DNA of 64,000 bases, from contig JBEKSD010000001.1 of the NCBI GenBank assembly GCA_049517335.1, positions 128,001 to 192,000 of the forward strand. Direction: 5' to 3'. The notes under the pieces were generated by a model that was not told the DNA's origin, did no database searches, and saw only the letters and a list, made by a program, of their open reading frames with translations. Of the stretch, positions 30,144 through 41,938 are shown in pieces. The DNA comes from Candidatus Omnitrophota bacterium (lineage in GTDB: Bacteria; Omnitrophota; Gorgyraeia; Gygaellales; Profunditerraquicolaceae). The translations under genes were made by a program, and so were the position numbers. Position 1 is the first letter of the stretch; the number at the start of each line of letters is the position of its first letter.

Positions 30144-31387
30144 GTTTAAGGGTGGGGATCTTAAGCCTTGGCTGCCCAAGGAACCTGGTTGATTCGGAAA
30201 GCATCTTGAGCCGCCTTGCTTCAAAAGGCCTGGAAATAGTTGATATAGAAAAAGCGGACATTGCGATTGTAAATACCTGCGCCTTTGTTGATGACGCAAA
30301 GCGGGAATCCATTGACGCAATACTTGATTTAATCCAAGCCAAGAAAGAAGGAAGCTTAAGGAAAATAATTGTTTCCGGGTGCCTTAGCCAGCGCTATAAG
30401 GAACAACTGGTTAAAGAGCTCCCGGAAGTTGACGCTTTTATGGGCAGGCTTTTTCTTGATCAGGCGCCCGCAAGATTTGCTATTACCCCGAAGCACTCTG
30501 CTTATTTAAAAATATGCGAAGGCTGTCTAAATGCCTGTAGTTATTGCGTAATACCCAAAATTAAGGGTAAATTTACCAGCCTTGATGAGGTTTCTATTAT
30601 CAGGAAAGTAGCTAAATTTGACAAAGAGGGGGTGGCAGAGTTAAATCTCATCGGTCAGGACATCACCGGTTTCGGGGTTGACCTTTATGGCATGCCGTCC
30701 TTGAGCACCCTTTTAAGGAAAATCGTAAAGAGCGCCAAGCATATTAATTGGATCAGGCTCTTGTATTTATACCCAAGCAGGGCGGATGACGACCTGCTTA
30801 GAGTCGTAAGAGACGAACCTAAGATTTGTAAATATATCGACCTACCGGTTCAGCATATCAATGACAGGATATTGAAATTGATGAACCGGGACACCAGCAG
30901 AAAAGAGATAGTTGCCCTTATAAATAAAATCAGGAAGACCATTCCGGCTGTGGCGCTACGCACTTCGCTGATTACGGGTTTTCCGACAGAAACCGAGAAA
31001 GAACATCTGGAGCTTTTGACTTTTATGAAAGAAATTAAATTTGAGCGTTTAGGCGCTTTTGTTTATTCCCGAGAGGAAGGGACGAAGGCGTATGGTTTTA
31101 AGGGTCAGGTTTCGGAGAAAACTAAACAGGAACGTTTTAACCAAATTATGCTGCTTCAGCAGGATATCTCTAGGGAAGTAAACGAAAAATTCATGGGAAA
31201 AGCTATGGAAGTTTTGATAGATTCAAAGGAAGGAAAATCATATTTGGGTAGGACTCAATATGATGCCCCTGAAGTCGACGGCCAGGTTTATGTAAATTCA
31301 AATAAAACTTTGGAGCTGGGTAATTTTATCAAGGTTGAGATTACCGATACTCTGGAGTATGACTTAGTGGGAGAGGTAAAATCATGA
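30140..31387 (+). CDS. rimO: Ribosomal protein S12 methylthiotransferase
   Basis: SLGCPRNLVDSE, NTCAF, CxxxCxxC, DAPEVDG. Confidence 0.95.
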   Translation: MSLRVGILSLGCPRNLVDSESILSRLASKGLEIVDIEKADIAIVNTCAFVDDAKRESIDAILDLIQAKKEGSLRKIIVSGCLSQRYKEQLVKELPEVDAFMGRLFLDQAPARFAITPKHSAYLKICEGCLNACSYCVIPKIKGKFTSLDEVSIIRKVAKFDKEGVAELNLIGQDITGFGVDLYGMPSLSTLLRKIVKSAKHINWIRLLYLYPSRADDDLLRVVRDEPKICKYIDLPVQHINDRILKLMNRDTSRKEIVALINKIRKTIPAVALRTSLITGFPTETEKEHLELLTFMKEIKFERLGAFVYSREEGTKAYGFKGQVSEKTKQERFNQIMLLQQDISREVNEKFMGKAMEVLIDSKEGKSYLGRTQYDAPEVDGQVYVNSNKTLELGNFIKVEITDTLEYDLVGEVKS

Positions 31388-31962
31388 ATTTAGCCAACCG
31401 TATAACAATAATGCGTATTTTCCTCACTTTCATTTTTATGTTTTTTCTCTTTTGCCACGGGCTGTGGGCAAAAGCCCTGAGTTTACTGCTTTTCATAGTT
31501 GCCGCCGTTTCGGATTATCTGGACGGTTTTATCGCGCAGAGAAAAAACATGGTTACGGATTTCGGCAGGCTGATGGATCCGATAGCTGATAAGATACTGG
31601 TGCTGGCGGCTTTTGCGGCCTTTGTCCAGATGCAGCTGATAGATGCGTGGATGTTCGTGATTATTGTTTCGCGGGAGATTCTGATTACTTCTTTGAGGCT
31701 CTTTGCTTTGAACAAAGGCAAAGTCCTGTCGGCAACACGCGCGGGCAAAGGCAAGACGCTTTCACAAATGACGGTAATATTGCTGATATTGATTTTCGTC
31801 GTTTATAAAGAAATAATGCTTGCCTATTTTACTTGGAACCCTTCATGGGAAAAGATTTTCCGCCACAGTATTTATATCCTGATGCTGGTTACGGTAGGGC
31901 TCACTCTTTATTCCGGCCTATCCTATCTTTGGGATAACCGCAAGATAATCACGCGTCTTTAA
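31384..31962 (+). CDS. pgsA: CDP-diacylglycerol--glycerol-3-phosphate 3-phosphatidyltransferase
   Basis: DYLDGFIA...FGRLMDPIADK. Confidence 0.95.
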   Translation: MNLANRITIMRIFLTFIFMFFLFCHGLWAKALSLLLFIVAAVSDYLDGFIAQRKNMVTDFGRLMDPIADKILVLAAFAAFVQMQLIDAWMFVIIVSREILITSLRLFALNKGKVLSATRAGKGKTLSQMTVILLILIFVVYKEIMLAYFTWNPSWEKIFRHSIYILMLVTVGLTLYSGLSYLWDNRKIITRL

Positions 31963-31975
31963 TCCTTTTTTAGCC

Positions 31976-32434
31976 ATGAATGTAATTCTTAAAATGTTAA
32001 GCAGTTTCTTTTTTATCGGTTACCTTCCCCTTATGCCCGGAACTTTCGGCAGCTTAGCGGGGTTGCTGCTTTTTTATTACGTTAAAGACAGCTGGCGATT
32101 AAGTTTATTATTGGCTTTGAGCGTGACTGCGCTGGGTTTTTTAATTTCGGGGAGAGCGGAAAAACTATTCGGAAGGAAAGACCCCAGTCGCATAGTGATA
32201 GATGAGGTAAGCGGGATGCTTTTGTGTCTTTTGTTTATCCCGCATGATTTAAAATACGTAATTGCTGCCTTTTTCTTATTCCGTATATTTGATACCCTTA
32301 AGCCGTTCCCGGCCGCAAGGCTACAGGGTTTAAAGGGAAGTTTAGGGATTATGATTGATGACATAATCGCGGCAATTTACGCCGGAGTTTTACTTCAGCT
32401 AGTTTTAAGGTTGGCTGCTTTTAAAGCTTCATAG
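31976..32434 (+). CDS. pgpA: Phosphatidylglycerophosphatase A
   Basis: PGTFGS, DPSRIVIDEV, FRIFDTLKPFP, GIMIDD. Confidence 0.95.
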   Translation: MNVILKMLSSFFFIGYLPLMPGTFGSLAGLLLFYYVKDSWRLSLLLALSVTALGFLISGRAEKLFGRKDPSRIVIDEVSGMLLCLLFIPHDLKYVIAAFFLFRIFDTLKPFPAARLQGLKGSLGIMIDDIIAAIYAGVLLQLVLRLAAFKAS

Positions 32435-32967
32435 GTAGGGCCTATGGACGAAAGTGTACTCTTAAAAAGAGTAATCTTGGTTACTTGAAATTCCGAATTA
32501 TCCAGCTTGAAATTTTTAAGGATTCTTTGTATTTCTTTCGCCAATTCTTTCCGGTTAGATGGAGAACGGGTCCGTCCGAGCGTAATGTGCGATGAAAAAG
32601 CGCGGCCGTCTTTCGGTATGCCCAATTTTTCAATCCTGTCTTCTAACTCTTTAAAGATTTTTTTAGTTTCGTCAGCACCCATAACAATCCCCACCCATAC
32701 CACTTTTAGCAGACTTAGTTTTGGGAAGGCTCCGATGGAAGAAATTTTTATTGTATAGGGAGGGTAGTTATTCGTTACGCTGTCCAATATTTCAGAAACT
32801 TTCTTAAGCTGTTTATCTTCAATATCCCCTAAAAACTTTAAGGTAAGATGTAGGTTTTCAGGGATAACCCATTTTACGTCGGCGTTCGTTTTCTTAAGTT
32901 GCTCCTCCAAGCCTGCTAATGCTTCTTTTATTTCTTTAGGAAGCTCAATTGCAATAAATGCTCTCAT
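32395..32967 (-). CDS. thpR: RNA 2',3'-cyclic phosphodiesterase (2H family)
   Basis: MRAFIAIEL start at 32967. HLTL and HITL motifs. Confidence 0.93.
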   Translation of the reverse strand: MRAFIAIELPKEIKEALAGLEEQLKKTNADVKWVIPENLHLTLKFLGDIEDKQLKKVSEILDSVTNNYPPYTIKISSIGAFPKLSLLKVVWVGIVMGADETKKIFKELEDRIEKLGIPKDGRAFSSHITLGRTRSPSNRKELAKEIQRILKNFKLDNSEFQVTKITLFKSTLSSIGPTYEALKAANLKTS

Positions 32968-33019
32968 ATTTGGATCATGGTCGCTCGTATTTTTGACGTG
33001 CTGCTCAAGGAAAAACACG

Positions 33020-33499
33020 TCAGCTTATAAACGCAAGCAGTAACTTTAGTACACTCAGAACGGATTTGTTACGGATTAATCCTCTAGAACCTGAAAATTT
33101 AAACTTTTTACAGATTACATGATTTTTATTTGAAACTGCAATAAAAACTGTGCCTACTGGTTTTTGTGTAGTGCCGCCGCTGGGGCCGGCAATTCCGGTT
33201 ATACTTACCCCAAAGTCGGTTTTGGCTATTTTTCTCACTGATTCGGCCATTTTCATAGCAGTTTTAGCTGACACTGCTCCATTTTTACGGATAACTTTTG
33301 AGGGGATTTTCAATATTGATTCTTTTACTTTATTATCATAGGCTACCACGCCTAAAATAAAGTATTTTGAGCTACCGGAAAGATCGGTAAGCAGCTTGGA
33401 GAGCAGACCGCCGGTGCAGGACTCGGCAACTGATATAGTTTTGCTGCTATTTATCATAATTTTTTGTATTTGGCACGTAATTTTTGTCATAGTAAGCAT
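33020..33499 (-). CDS. cinA: CinA C-terminal domain / NMN deamidase (PncC-like)
   Basis: AESCTGG, GAVS, SITGIAGP, PVGTV. Confidence 0.9.
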   Translation of the reverse strand: MLTMTKITCQIQKIMINSSKTISVAESCTGGLLSKLLTDLSGSSKYFILGVVAYDNKVKESILKIPSKVIRKNGAVSAKTAMKMAESVRKIAKTDFGVSITGIAGPSGGTTQKPVGTVFIAVSNKNHVICKKFKFSGSRGLIRNKSVLSVLKLLLAFIS

Positions 33500-33521
33500 A
33501 TTATATTGCCACTTTGCGGTA

Positions 33522-33549
33522 TTGACAAGCTAAGTTTTTGTGTTATACT
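33522..33549 (+). promoter_or_regulatory. Promoter of the rib operon
   Basis: TTGACA, 16 nt spacer, TGnTATACT, upstream of the riboswitch. Confidence 0.65.
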
Positions 33550-33561
33550 ACTGCCAATAGA

Positions 33562-33725
33562 TTAATCTTCGGGGCAAGGTGTAAATCCTTACCGGCGGTT
33601 TAGCCCGCGAGTCCTGATGTAAAGTCGGGACAGATCTGGTAGATTCCAGAGCCGATGGTTGCGCAGAAACGCACACCAAACCATCAAATTGGTTTGAGTG
33701 CAAAGTCCAGATGAGAGAAGATTAA
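33562..33725 (+). ncRNA. FMN riboswitch (RFN element)
   Basis: P1 TTAATCTTC/GAAGATTAA. Conserved blocks TCGGGGCAAGGTGTAAATCC, ACCGGCGGT-AGCCCGCGAG, AGATCTGGTAGATTCCAGAGCCGA and AGTCCAGATGAGAGAAG. Upstream of ribBA. Confidence 0.95.
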
Positions 33726-33737
33726 GCGGTTTCATAT

Positions 33738-33767
33738 ACCCGAAGATCCTCTTCGGGTTAATTATTA
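33738..33767 (+). terminator. Riboswitch expression-platform hairpin
   Basis: ACCCGAAGA-tcc-TCTTCGGGT followed by an AT-rich tract. The left arm is also complementary to the aptamer 5' ATCTTCGGG. Confidence 0.7.
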
Positions 33768-33768
33768 T

Positions 33769-34986
33769 ATGAGCACATTTAACAGTATCCCAGAAATATT
33801 GGAAGATTTAAAAAACGGCAGGATGGTCATCGTAGTTGATGACGAGGACCGTGAGAACGAGGGGGACCTAATAATCCCTGCCTCATTCGCAAGGCCCGAA
33901 CACATAAATTTCATGGCTAAATTCGGCCGCGGCCTTATTTGCGTACCGATGGAAGAAGAAAGGTTAAAAGATCTGAACCTTGAACCTATGCTTAAAGACA
34001 GTGCCAACAGCTTAAAAGAAGACCCTTTTAAAACGGGTTGGATGATTTCCGTTGATGCCAGGCACGGCATTACCACGGGTATCTCTACGCATGACCGATC
34101 CCGTACGATAGAAGTCCTCATTAACCCTAATTCCAAGCCGGAAGATTTAATCCGCCCGGGACATATTTTTCCTTTAAGGGCGCGCCGCGGCGGCGTATTA
34201 GTCAGGGCAGGGCATACCGAAGCCGCAATTGATTTTATGACGCTCTCTGGGCTCTATCCGGCAGGGGTTATTTGCGAAATCATGAATGATGACGGCACTA
34301 TGGCCCGCTTCCCGGAGTTATTGGAGTTTTCAAGACAGCACAATTTAAAAATTTGCTCCATTACCGGCCTTATTGAATACCGCAGGCGCTTTGAAAAATT
34401 AATTGAGCGTGTTGCCGAGACGACCCTTCCGACCGAATCCGGAAACTTCAGGTTAATCCTTTACCGCGACATGATTAATAAGAAAGTCCACACTGCTTTG
34501 GTGGCCGGAGACTTAAAAGGCCCACCCGTATTAGTACGCGTCCATTCGGAATGCCTTACGGGAGATGTTTTCGGCTCATTAAGATGCGACTGCGGCAGGC
34601 AGTTGAGCGAAGCAATGAGAATAATCAGCAGGGAAAAGACAGGGGTAATACTTTATATGAACCAGGAAGGCAGGGGTATCGGCTTAGTTGATAAAATCCG
34701 CGCTTATAGCTTACAGGATAAAGGCATGGATACAGTTGAGGCAAATGTTGCCTTGGGGCATAAGGGGGACTTGCGGGATTACGGGATAGGCGCGCAAATG
34801 CTGGTAGATTTAGGGGTTAAAAATATCAGGCTGCTTACGAATAATCCGCGTAAGATTATCGGGTTAGAGGGTTACGGCTTAAAAGTCGTGGAAAGGGTTC
34901 CTCTTGAAATTGAACCGAACCCGTTAAATTATAATTATTTAAAGGCCAAGAAAGAAAAGCTGGGCCATAATCTGAAAATAGATTAA
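33769..34986 (+). CDS. ribBA: Bifunctional DHBP synthase / GTP cyclohydrolase II
   Basis: [38 protein letters not shown]. Confidence 0.97.
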   Translation: MSTFNSIPEILEDLKNGRMVIVVDDEDRENEGDLIIPASFARPEHINFMAKFGRGLICVPMEEERLKDLNLEPMLKDSANSLKEDPFKTGWMISVDARHGITTGISTHDRSRTIEVLINPNSKPEDLIRPGHIFPLRARRGGVLVRAGHTEAAIDFMTLSGLYPAGVICEIMNDDGTMARFPELLEFSRQHNLKICSITGLIEYRRRFEKLIERVAETTLPTESGNFRLILYRDMINKKVHTALVAGDLKGPPVLVRVHSECLTGDVFGSLRCDCGRQLSEAMRIISREKTGVILYMNQEGRGIGLVDKIRAYSLQDKGMDTVEANVALGHKGDLRDYGIGAQMLVDLGVKNIRLLTNNPRKIIGLEGYGLKVVERVPLEIEPNPLNYNYLKAKKEKLGHNLKID

Positions 34987-35000
34987 AAGGAGGAAATAAA

Positions 35001-35465
35001 ATGAAAATAACCGAAGGTAACCTGATGGCAAAAGGGAAAAAGTTTGCGATAGTTGCATCGCGCTTCAATGATTTTATGACCAAGGAACTGATTTCAGGGT
35101 GCACGGATACCTTAATAAGGCACGGCGCCGAAGATAAGGATATATCGGTCTCCCTGGTTCCCGGCGCATTTGAGATTCCTCTTGTTGCACAGAAACTAGC
35201 CGGCAACAAGGCAATTGACGCGGTTATATGTTTAGGCACGGTTATCCGCGGCTCAACCCCGCATTTTGATTATATTGCCGCCGAGGTTTCTAAAGGCATA
35301 GCTAAAGTATCCCTGGAATCAGGTGTGCCGGTAATTTTCGGAATCATTACCGCCGATACTATTGAGCAGGCCATTGAACGAGCCGGAACCAAAGACGGGA
35401 ACAAAGGAAAAGACGCGGCAGTCAGCGCTATTGAGATGGTTAATCTTATGGCTCAACTTAAATAA
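35001..35465 (+). CDS. ribH: Lumazine synthase
   Basis: [22 protein letters not shown]. Confidence 0.97.
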   Translation: MKITEGNLMAKGKKFAIVASRFNDFMTKELISGCTDTLIRHGAEDKDISVSLVPGAFEIPLVAQKLAGNKAIDAVICLGTVIRGSTPHFDYIAAEVSKGIAKVSLESGVPVIFGIITADTIEQAIERAGTKDGNKGKDAAVSAIEMVNLMAQLK

Positions 35466-35473
35466 GCTACCCA

Positions 35474-35890
35474 ATGAGAAAACGGACACAAGCAAGGGAA
35501 TTTGCCCTGCAAATTCTCTATCAAATTGATATTACTTCTGATAGCACGGATGCGGCTTTAGATAATTTCTGGCAATCGCATTTAGGAGAGGATATCCAGG
35601 ATGATTTGAAGCAATTTACCTCTGAACTTGTCAGGGGGGTGAGGGAGAATCTGGCAACTATAGATGAAAAAATATCCAAATATGCGGCTAATTGGCATTT
35701 AAAACGCATGGCAGTAGTGGACAGGAATATACTCCGGCTGGGAACTTGCGAATTAATTACCCGTGAAGATATCCCGCCCAAGGTAGCTATTAATGAAGCA
35801 GTGGAGTTGGCCAAAAAATATTCGGGTATTGAAGCAGGCAAATTTGTCAATGCCATCCTTGACAAGATAAAACTGGAAAAAGAGCAATGA
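35474..35890 (+). CDS. nusB: Transcription antitermination factor NusB
   Basis: RKRTQARE, VDRNILR, AINEAVELAKKY, FVNAILD. Confidence 0.97.
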   Translation: MRKRTQAREFALQILYQIDITSDSTDAALDNFWQSHLGEDIQDDLKQFTSELVRGVRENLATIDEKISKYAANWHLKRMAVVDRNILRLGTCELITREDIPPKVAINEAVELAKKYSGIEAGKFVNAILDKIKLEKEQ

Positions 35891-36711
35891 AATCCGCCGA
35901 TTTACACCTTCACACCGTCTTTTCAGACGGTACCTATACCCCGCAGGAATTGGTAAGAAAAAGTAAAAAAGCCGGACTTGACACGATTGCGGTGACTGAC
36001 CATGACACAATCGGCGGTATTGAACCGGCAATGGATGTAGGTAGGATTGAAGGATTGGAAGTCTTATCCGGCATAGAGTTAAGTGCGGAATACTTAGAAA
36101 AAGAAATCCACATCCTCGGCTATTTAATTGATTATAAATCCCCGAAACTCAAAGCCCAACTTGATAAATTAAAGGATAACCGTATTGAGCGTATTTACAA
36201 AATTATTGCTAAATTGAAAGAGGAAGCAGGCCTTGATTTAAATCCCGGAATTGTTTTTGATATTGCCAAAGGAGGGGTTATCGGCAGGCTACATATTGCA
36301 CGGGCAATGGTAAAAGAGGGTTTAGCCGGTTCTGTGGCACAAGCTTTCCAAAAATACATCGGCGATAAATGCCCCGCATATGTTTTAGGTTTTAAATTCA
36401 CCCCCGCGCAGGCAATCAAATTAATTAAGGATGCCGCAGGCGTGCCGATACTGGCGCATCCGTATATCATTAATGACGATAATTTAATTTTAGAATTCGT
36501 AAAAGACGGGCTTATGGGCCTTGAAGCTTATTATCCTGAGCACACCCAGGGCATGGTAAATTTCTATGTTGATTTCTGTAAGAAAAATAATTTACTCATT
36601 ACCGGAGGCTCGGACTGCCATGGTTCGGCTAAGCCCGAAGTGAAGATCGGTTCGGTTAAAATACCTTATGAAATGGTTGATAAACTAAAAGAAGCAAGGC
36701 AAAGGCTATGA
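35887..36711 (+). CDS. PHP-domain phosphoesterase (YciV/TrpH-like)
   Basis: DLHLHT..SDG, TDHD, GIELS, HILGY, LAHP, GGSDCHG. Confidence 0.92.
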   Translation: MKSADLHLHTVFSDGTYTPQELVRKSKKAGLDTIAVTDHDTIGGIEPAMDVGRIEGLEVLSGIELSAEYLEKEIHILGYLIDYKSPKLKAQLDKLKDNRIERIYKIIAKLKEEAGLDLNPGIVFDIAKGGVIGRLHIARAMVKEGLAGSVAQAFQKYIGDKCPAYVLGFKFTPAQAIKLIKDAAGVPILAHPYIINDDNLILEFVKDGLMGLEAYYPEHTQGMVNFYVDFCKKNNLLITGGSDCHGSAKPEVKIGSVKIPYEMVDKLKEARQRL

Positions 36712-37802
36712 TAAAGAAACACGAATATTTCATGAATTTGGCTTATGAACTTGCCCGTAAAGGCAGGGGCGAAACTTCTCCTAACCCTAATGTGGGAGCA
36801 GTGGTAGTTAAAGCAGGCAGGGTTATCGGTAGGGGATACCATAAGAAGGCAGGGGCTCCTCATGCCGAGATTCTAGCTTTGGAGGATGCAGGCAGTAAAG
36901 CAAAAGGAGCTGTTCTTTATGTTACCTTAGAGCCCTGCGCGCATTTCGGCCGTACCCCGCCCTGCGTGGACACGATAATTAAAAGCGGAATAAAAAAAGC
37001 CATCGTAGGTATGGTTGACCCTAACCCGCTTACCAACGGCCGGGGAATTGCCAAGATGAGAGAGTATGGCATAACGGTGAGAGTAGGTTTTCTGGAGGAT
37101 AAGTTAAGAAAACTGAATGAAGTCTTCATTAAGTATGTTACCCGGAAAATCCCTTTTGTTACGGTGAAAATTGCCCAATCGCTTGACGGAAAAATCGCCA
37201 CTAAAACGGGAGATTCCAAGTGGATTACTTCCGATAAATCCCGCGCTTATGCGCACCGGATGAGAGCTGATTTTGATGCGATTATGGTTGGGGTAAATAC
37301 GGTTTTAAGGGATAATCCCAAATTGGATGCCTGGTTTGCAAAGAAACATCCGATTAAAATCGTAACCGACAGCCACTTAAGCACGCCGGAAAATGCCGCT
37401 ATTTTTTCGGGTAACAGTCCGGTCATAATTGCGACTATCCCTGCGGTCGCGGGCCAGGAAACGGATAACCGCAATATCCTCTCCCAAAAAGCAAAGATTC
37501 TGGAGGTAAAAGAAAAATCCGGCGAGGTCAATTTAAAGGATATGATGAAGAAACTCGGTGCAATGGAAATAACTAGTATTATCGTTGAGGGGGGCGGCAC
37601 TTTAATAGGTTCTTTATTTGATGAAGGGTTGGTTGACCGGGTATTATTTTTTATCAGCCCGAAGATTATCGGAGGCAAAGAATCTTTAAGCTCCGTCATG
37701 GGGCGGGGGATTTCGCGCATCGACAGCGCGATTAAAATTAGGAATGTAGCTTTGAGGCATTTAGGGGAAGATATTTTAATCGAAGGGGATGCAGGATACT
37801 AA
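36708..37802 (+). CDS. ribD: Riboflavin biosynthesis deaminase/reductase
   Basis: PNPNVG, HAE, LEPCAHFGRTPPC, SLDGKIA, VEGGG. Confidence 0.97.
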   Translation: MIKKHEYFMNLAYELARKGRGETSPNPNVGAVVVKAGRVIGRGYHKKAGAPHAEILALEDAGSKAKGAVLYVTLEPCAHFGRTPPCVDTIIKSGIKKAIVGMVDPNPLTNGRGIAKMREYGITVRVGFLEDKLRKLNEVFIKYVTRKIPFVTVKIAQSLDGKIATKTGDSKWITSDKSRAYAHRMRADFDAIMVGVNTVLRDNPKLDAWFAKKHPIKIVTDSHLSTPENAAIFSGNSPVIIATIPAVAGQETDNRNILSQKAKILEVKEKSGEVNLKDMMKKLGAMEITSIIVEGGGTLIGSLFDEGLVDRVLFFISPKIIGGKESLSSVMGRGISRIDSAIKIRNVALRHLGEDILIEGDAGY

Positions 37803-37805
37803 AAG

Positions 37806-38372
37806 ATGTTTAGCGGTATTGTTGAAGAATTATGTTGCGTGAATAATGTTTACCGCAGCGCCAAGGCAGCGCGGATAACCATTGGCTCCAAACTGGCCGT
37901 AGAGGATACGGTAATTGGAGATAGTATTTCCGTAAATGGCGTATGCCTTACCGTAGTTGAGAAATCAAAAGACTCGTTGACCTTTGAAGCCATGCCTGAA
38001 ACATTAAAGATAAGTAATCTTGGGCAGATAGGACAGGGGGATAAAGTAAATACGGAGCGCGCTTTAAAAATAGGGGACAGGCTGGGTGGGCATTTTGTTA
38101 CCGGACATATTGATTGCAGCGGATTAATTCGCCGGAAGTATTATTTGGATAATAACCTATGTTTTGATATAGCTGTTCCGCAGGAATTTATGCAATATGT
38201 TATCCTGAAAGGCTCAATCGCAATTGATGGGATCAGCCTTACAATTACGAATAGAAAATCGGGTATATTCAGTGTTTATATTATTCCTCATACCTTCAAG
38301 AATACAACGCTCGGGATTAAAGGCCCATCTGATAAGGTCAATATTGAATTTGATATCCTCGCCAAAAGGTAA
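37806..38372 (+). CDS. ribE: Riboflavin synthase (alpha type)
   Basis: MFSGIVEE, NGVCLTV, GGHFVTGHID, DGISLT, VNIEFD. Confidence 0.95.
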   Translation: MFSGIVEELCCVNNVYRSAKAARITIGSKLAVEDTVIGDSISVNGVCLTVVEKSKDSLTFEAMPETLKISNLGQIGQGDKVNTERALKIGDRLGGHFVTGHIDCSGLIRRKYYLDNNLCFDIAVPQEFMQYVILKGSIAIDGISLTITNRKSGIFSVYIIPHTFKNTTLGIKGPSDKVNIEFDILAKR

Positions 38373-38404
38373 ACCTAACTTTAAGTTAACATAACTTGAA
38401 GTTA

Positions 38405-38433
38405 TTGCTTAATACTTTAATTTCTGATATACT
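38405..38433 (+). promoter_or_regulatory. tRNA promoter
   Basis: TTGCTT, 17 nt spacer, TGnTATACT. Confidence 0.55.
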
Positions 38434-38466
38434 GGTTAAAATTTGAATAATGCTATGAAGATGCAA

Positions 38467-38541
38467 CGGGGCGTGGCTCAGTTTGGCTAGAGCGCAGCGT
38501 TCGGGACGCTGAGGTCACAGGTTCAAGTCCTGTCGCCCCGA
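38467..38541 (+). tRNA. tRNA-Pro(CGG), CCA not encoded
   Basis: Acceptor stem CGGGGCG/CGCCCCG. Anticodon arm CAGCG-TTCGGGA-CGCTG. T-loop GTTCAAGTC. Confidence 0.96.
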
Positions 38542-38551
38542 GTTAATTCTT

Positions 38552-38824
38552 ATGAAAAAGCGGCTTCATGTGTTCTACAGTGGCAATGTTCAGGGAGTGG
38601 GATTCCGTTTTACCGTTTTAGCCATTGCCGGCGACTTAGGCGTTTGCGGCTGGGTAAAAAATTTAGCCGATGGAAGGGTCGAGCTGGTAGCGGAATCAGA
38701 AGAAAGAATGCTTGAGGCATTCTTTGAGCGCATAAAGAAAGATTTCTCGCCTTACATAAGGGGCACCGATATTGAGTGGTTGCCCGCGAGGAGCGAATTC
38801 AAAGATTTTGGAATAGAATTTTAG
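38552..38824 (+). CDS. acyP: Acylphosphatase
   Basis: [21 protein letters not shown]. Confidence 0.95.
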   Translation: MKKRLHVFYSGNVQGVGFRFTVLAIAGDLGVCGWVKNLADGRVELVAESEERMLEAFFERIKKDFSPYIRGTDIEWLPARSEFKDFGIEF

Positions 38825-38835
38825 GCCCTACTTAA

Positions 38836-41317
<2,482 letters not shown>

Positions 41318-41321
<4 letters not shown>

Positions 41322-41938
41322 TACTTAAGATTATTCCCGTAGGCGCAATGGAAGCGAATTGTTATATTCTTGCTTCCGGCAAAGGCTCAAAGGCCGTAAT
41401 AATAGACCCCGGGGGCGAAGCGGATAAGATTTTCAGCGTCCTTAAGCAACACCATTTAAGCGCAGGTCTTGTTGTTAATACGCACGGCCATTATGACCAT
41501 ATCGGCTGTGACGACAAATTCGGCGTGCCGGTTTATATACATAAAACGGACTTACCGATGCTGAAAGACCCAAAGCTTAATTTTTCCGCTTTTTTCTCCG
41601 TTTCTTATAATGTAGAATCTGAAATCCTGGCTTTAGAAGAGGGCGAGGTTATCAGCTTAGGCGGTATTAGTTTGAAGGTTTTGCATATCCCGGGGCATAC
41701 CCCCGGAGGCATTGCTTTAGTGCTGATGGATAAAAAAGAAAAGATGGTTTTTACCGGCGACACTCTCTTTTGTCAGGGTATAGGCCGTTCGGACTTGGAA
41801 GGCGGTAACGGCGATTTATTGGTTAAATCAATCAGGGAAAAACTATTGGTCTTACCGCCCGATACCATCGTATATCCAGGGCACGGAGAGCCTTCAACGA
41901 TAAAAGCAGAAAAGAATAATCCCTATTTAAATGCGTGA
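41318..41938 (+). CDS. MBL-fold metallohydrolase (glyoxalase II/YcbL-like)
   Basis: THGHYDHIG, PGHTPG, FTGDTLF, YPGHG. Confidence 0.93.

Noticed and set aside
32968-33022. N-terminal extension of thpR from 33018, and a TGACGTG/CACGTCA hairpin
   Set aside because: The family-typical start MRAFIAI is at 32967, and a 7-bp stem alone is too weak to assign a function.
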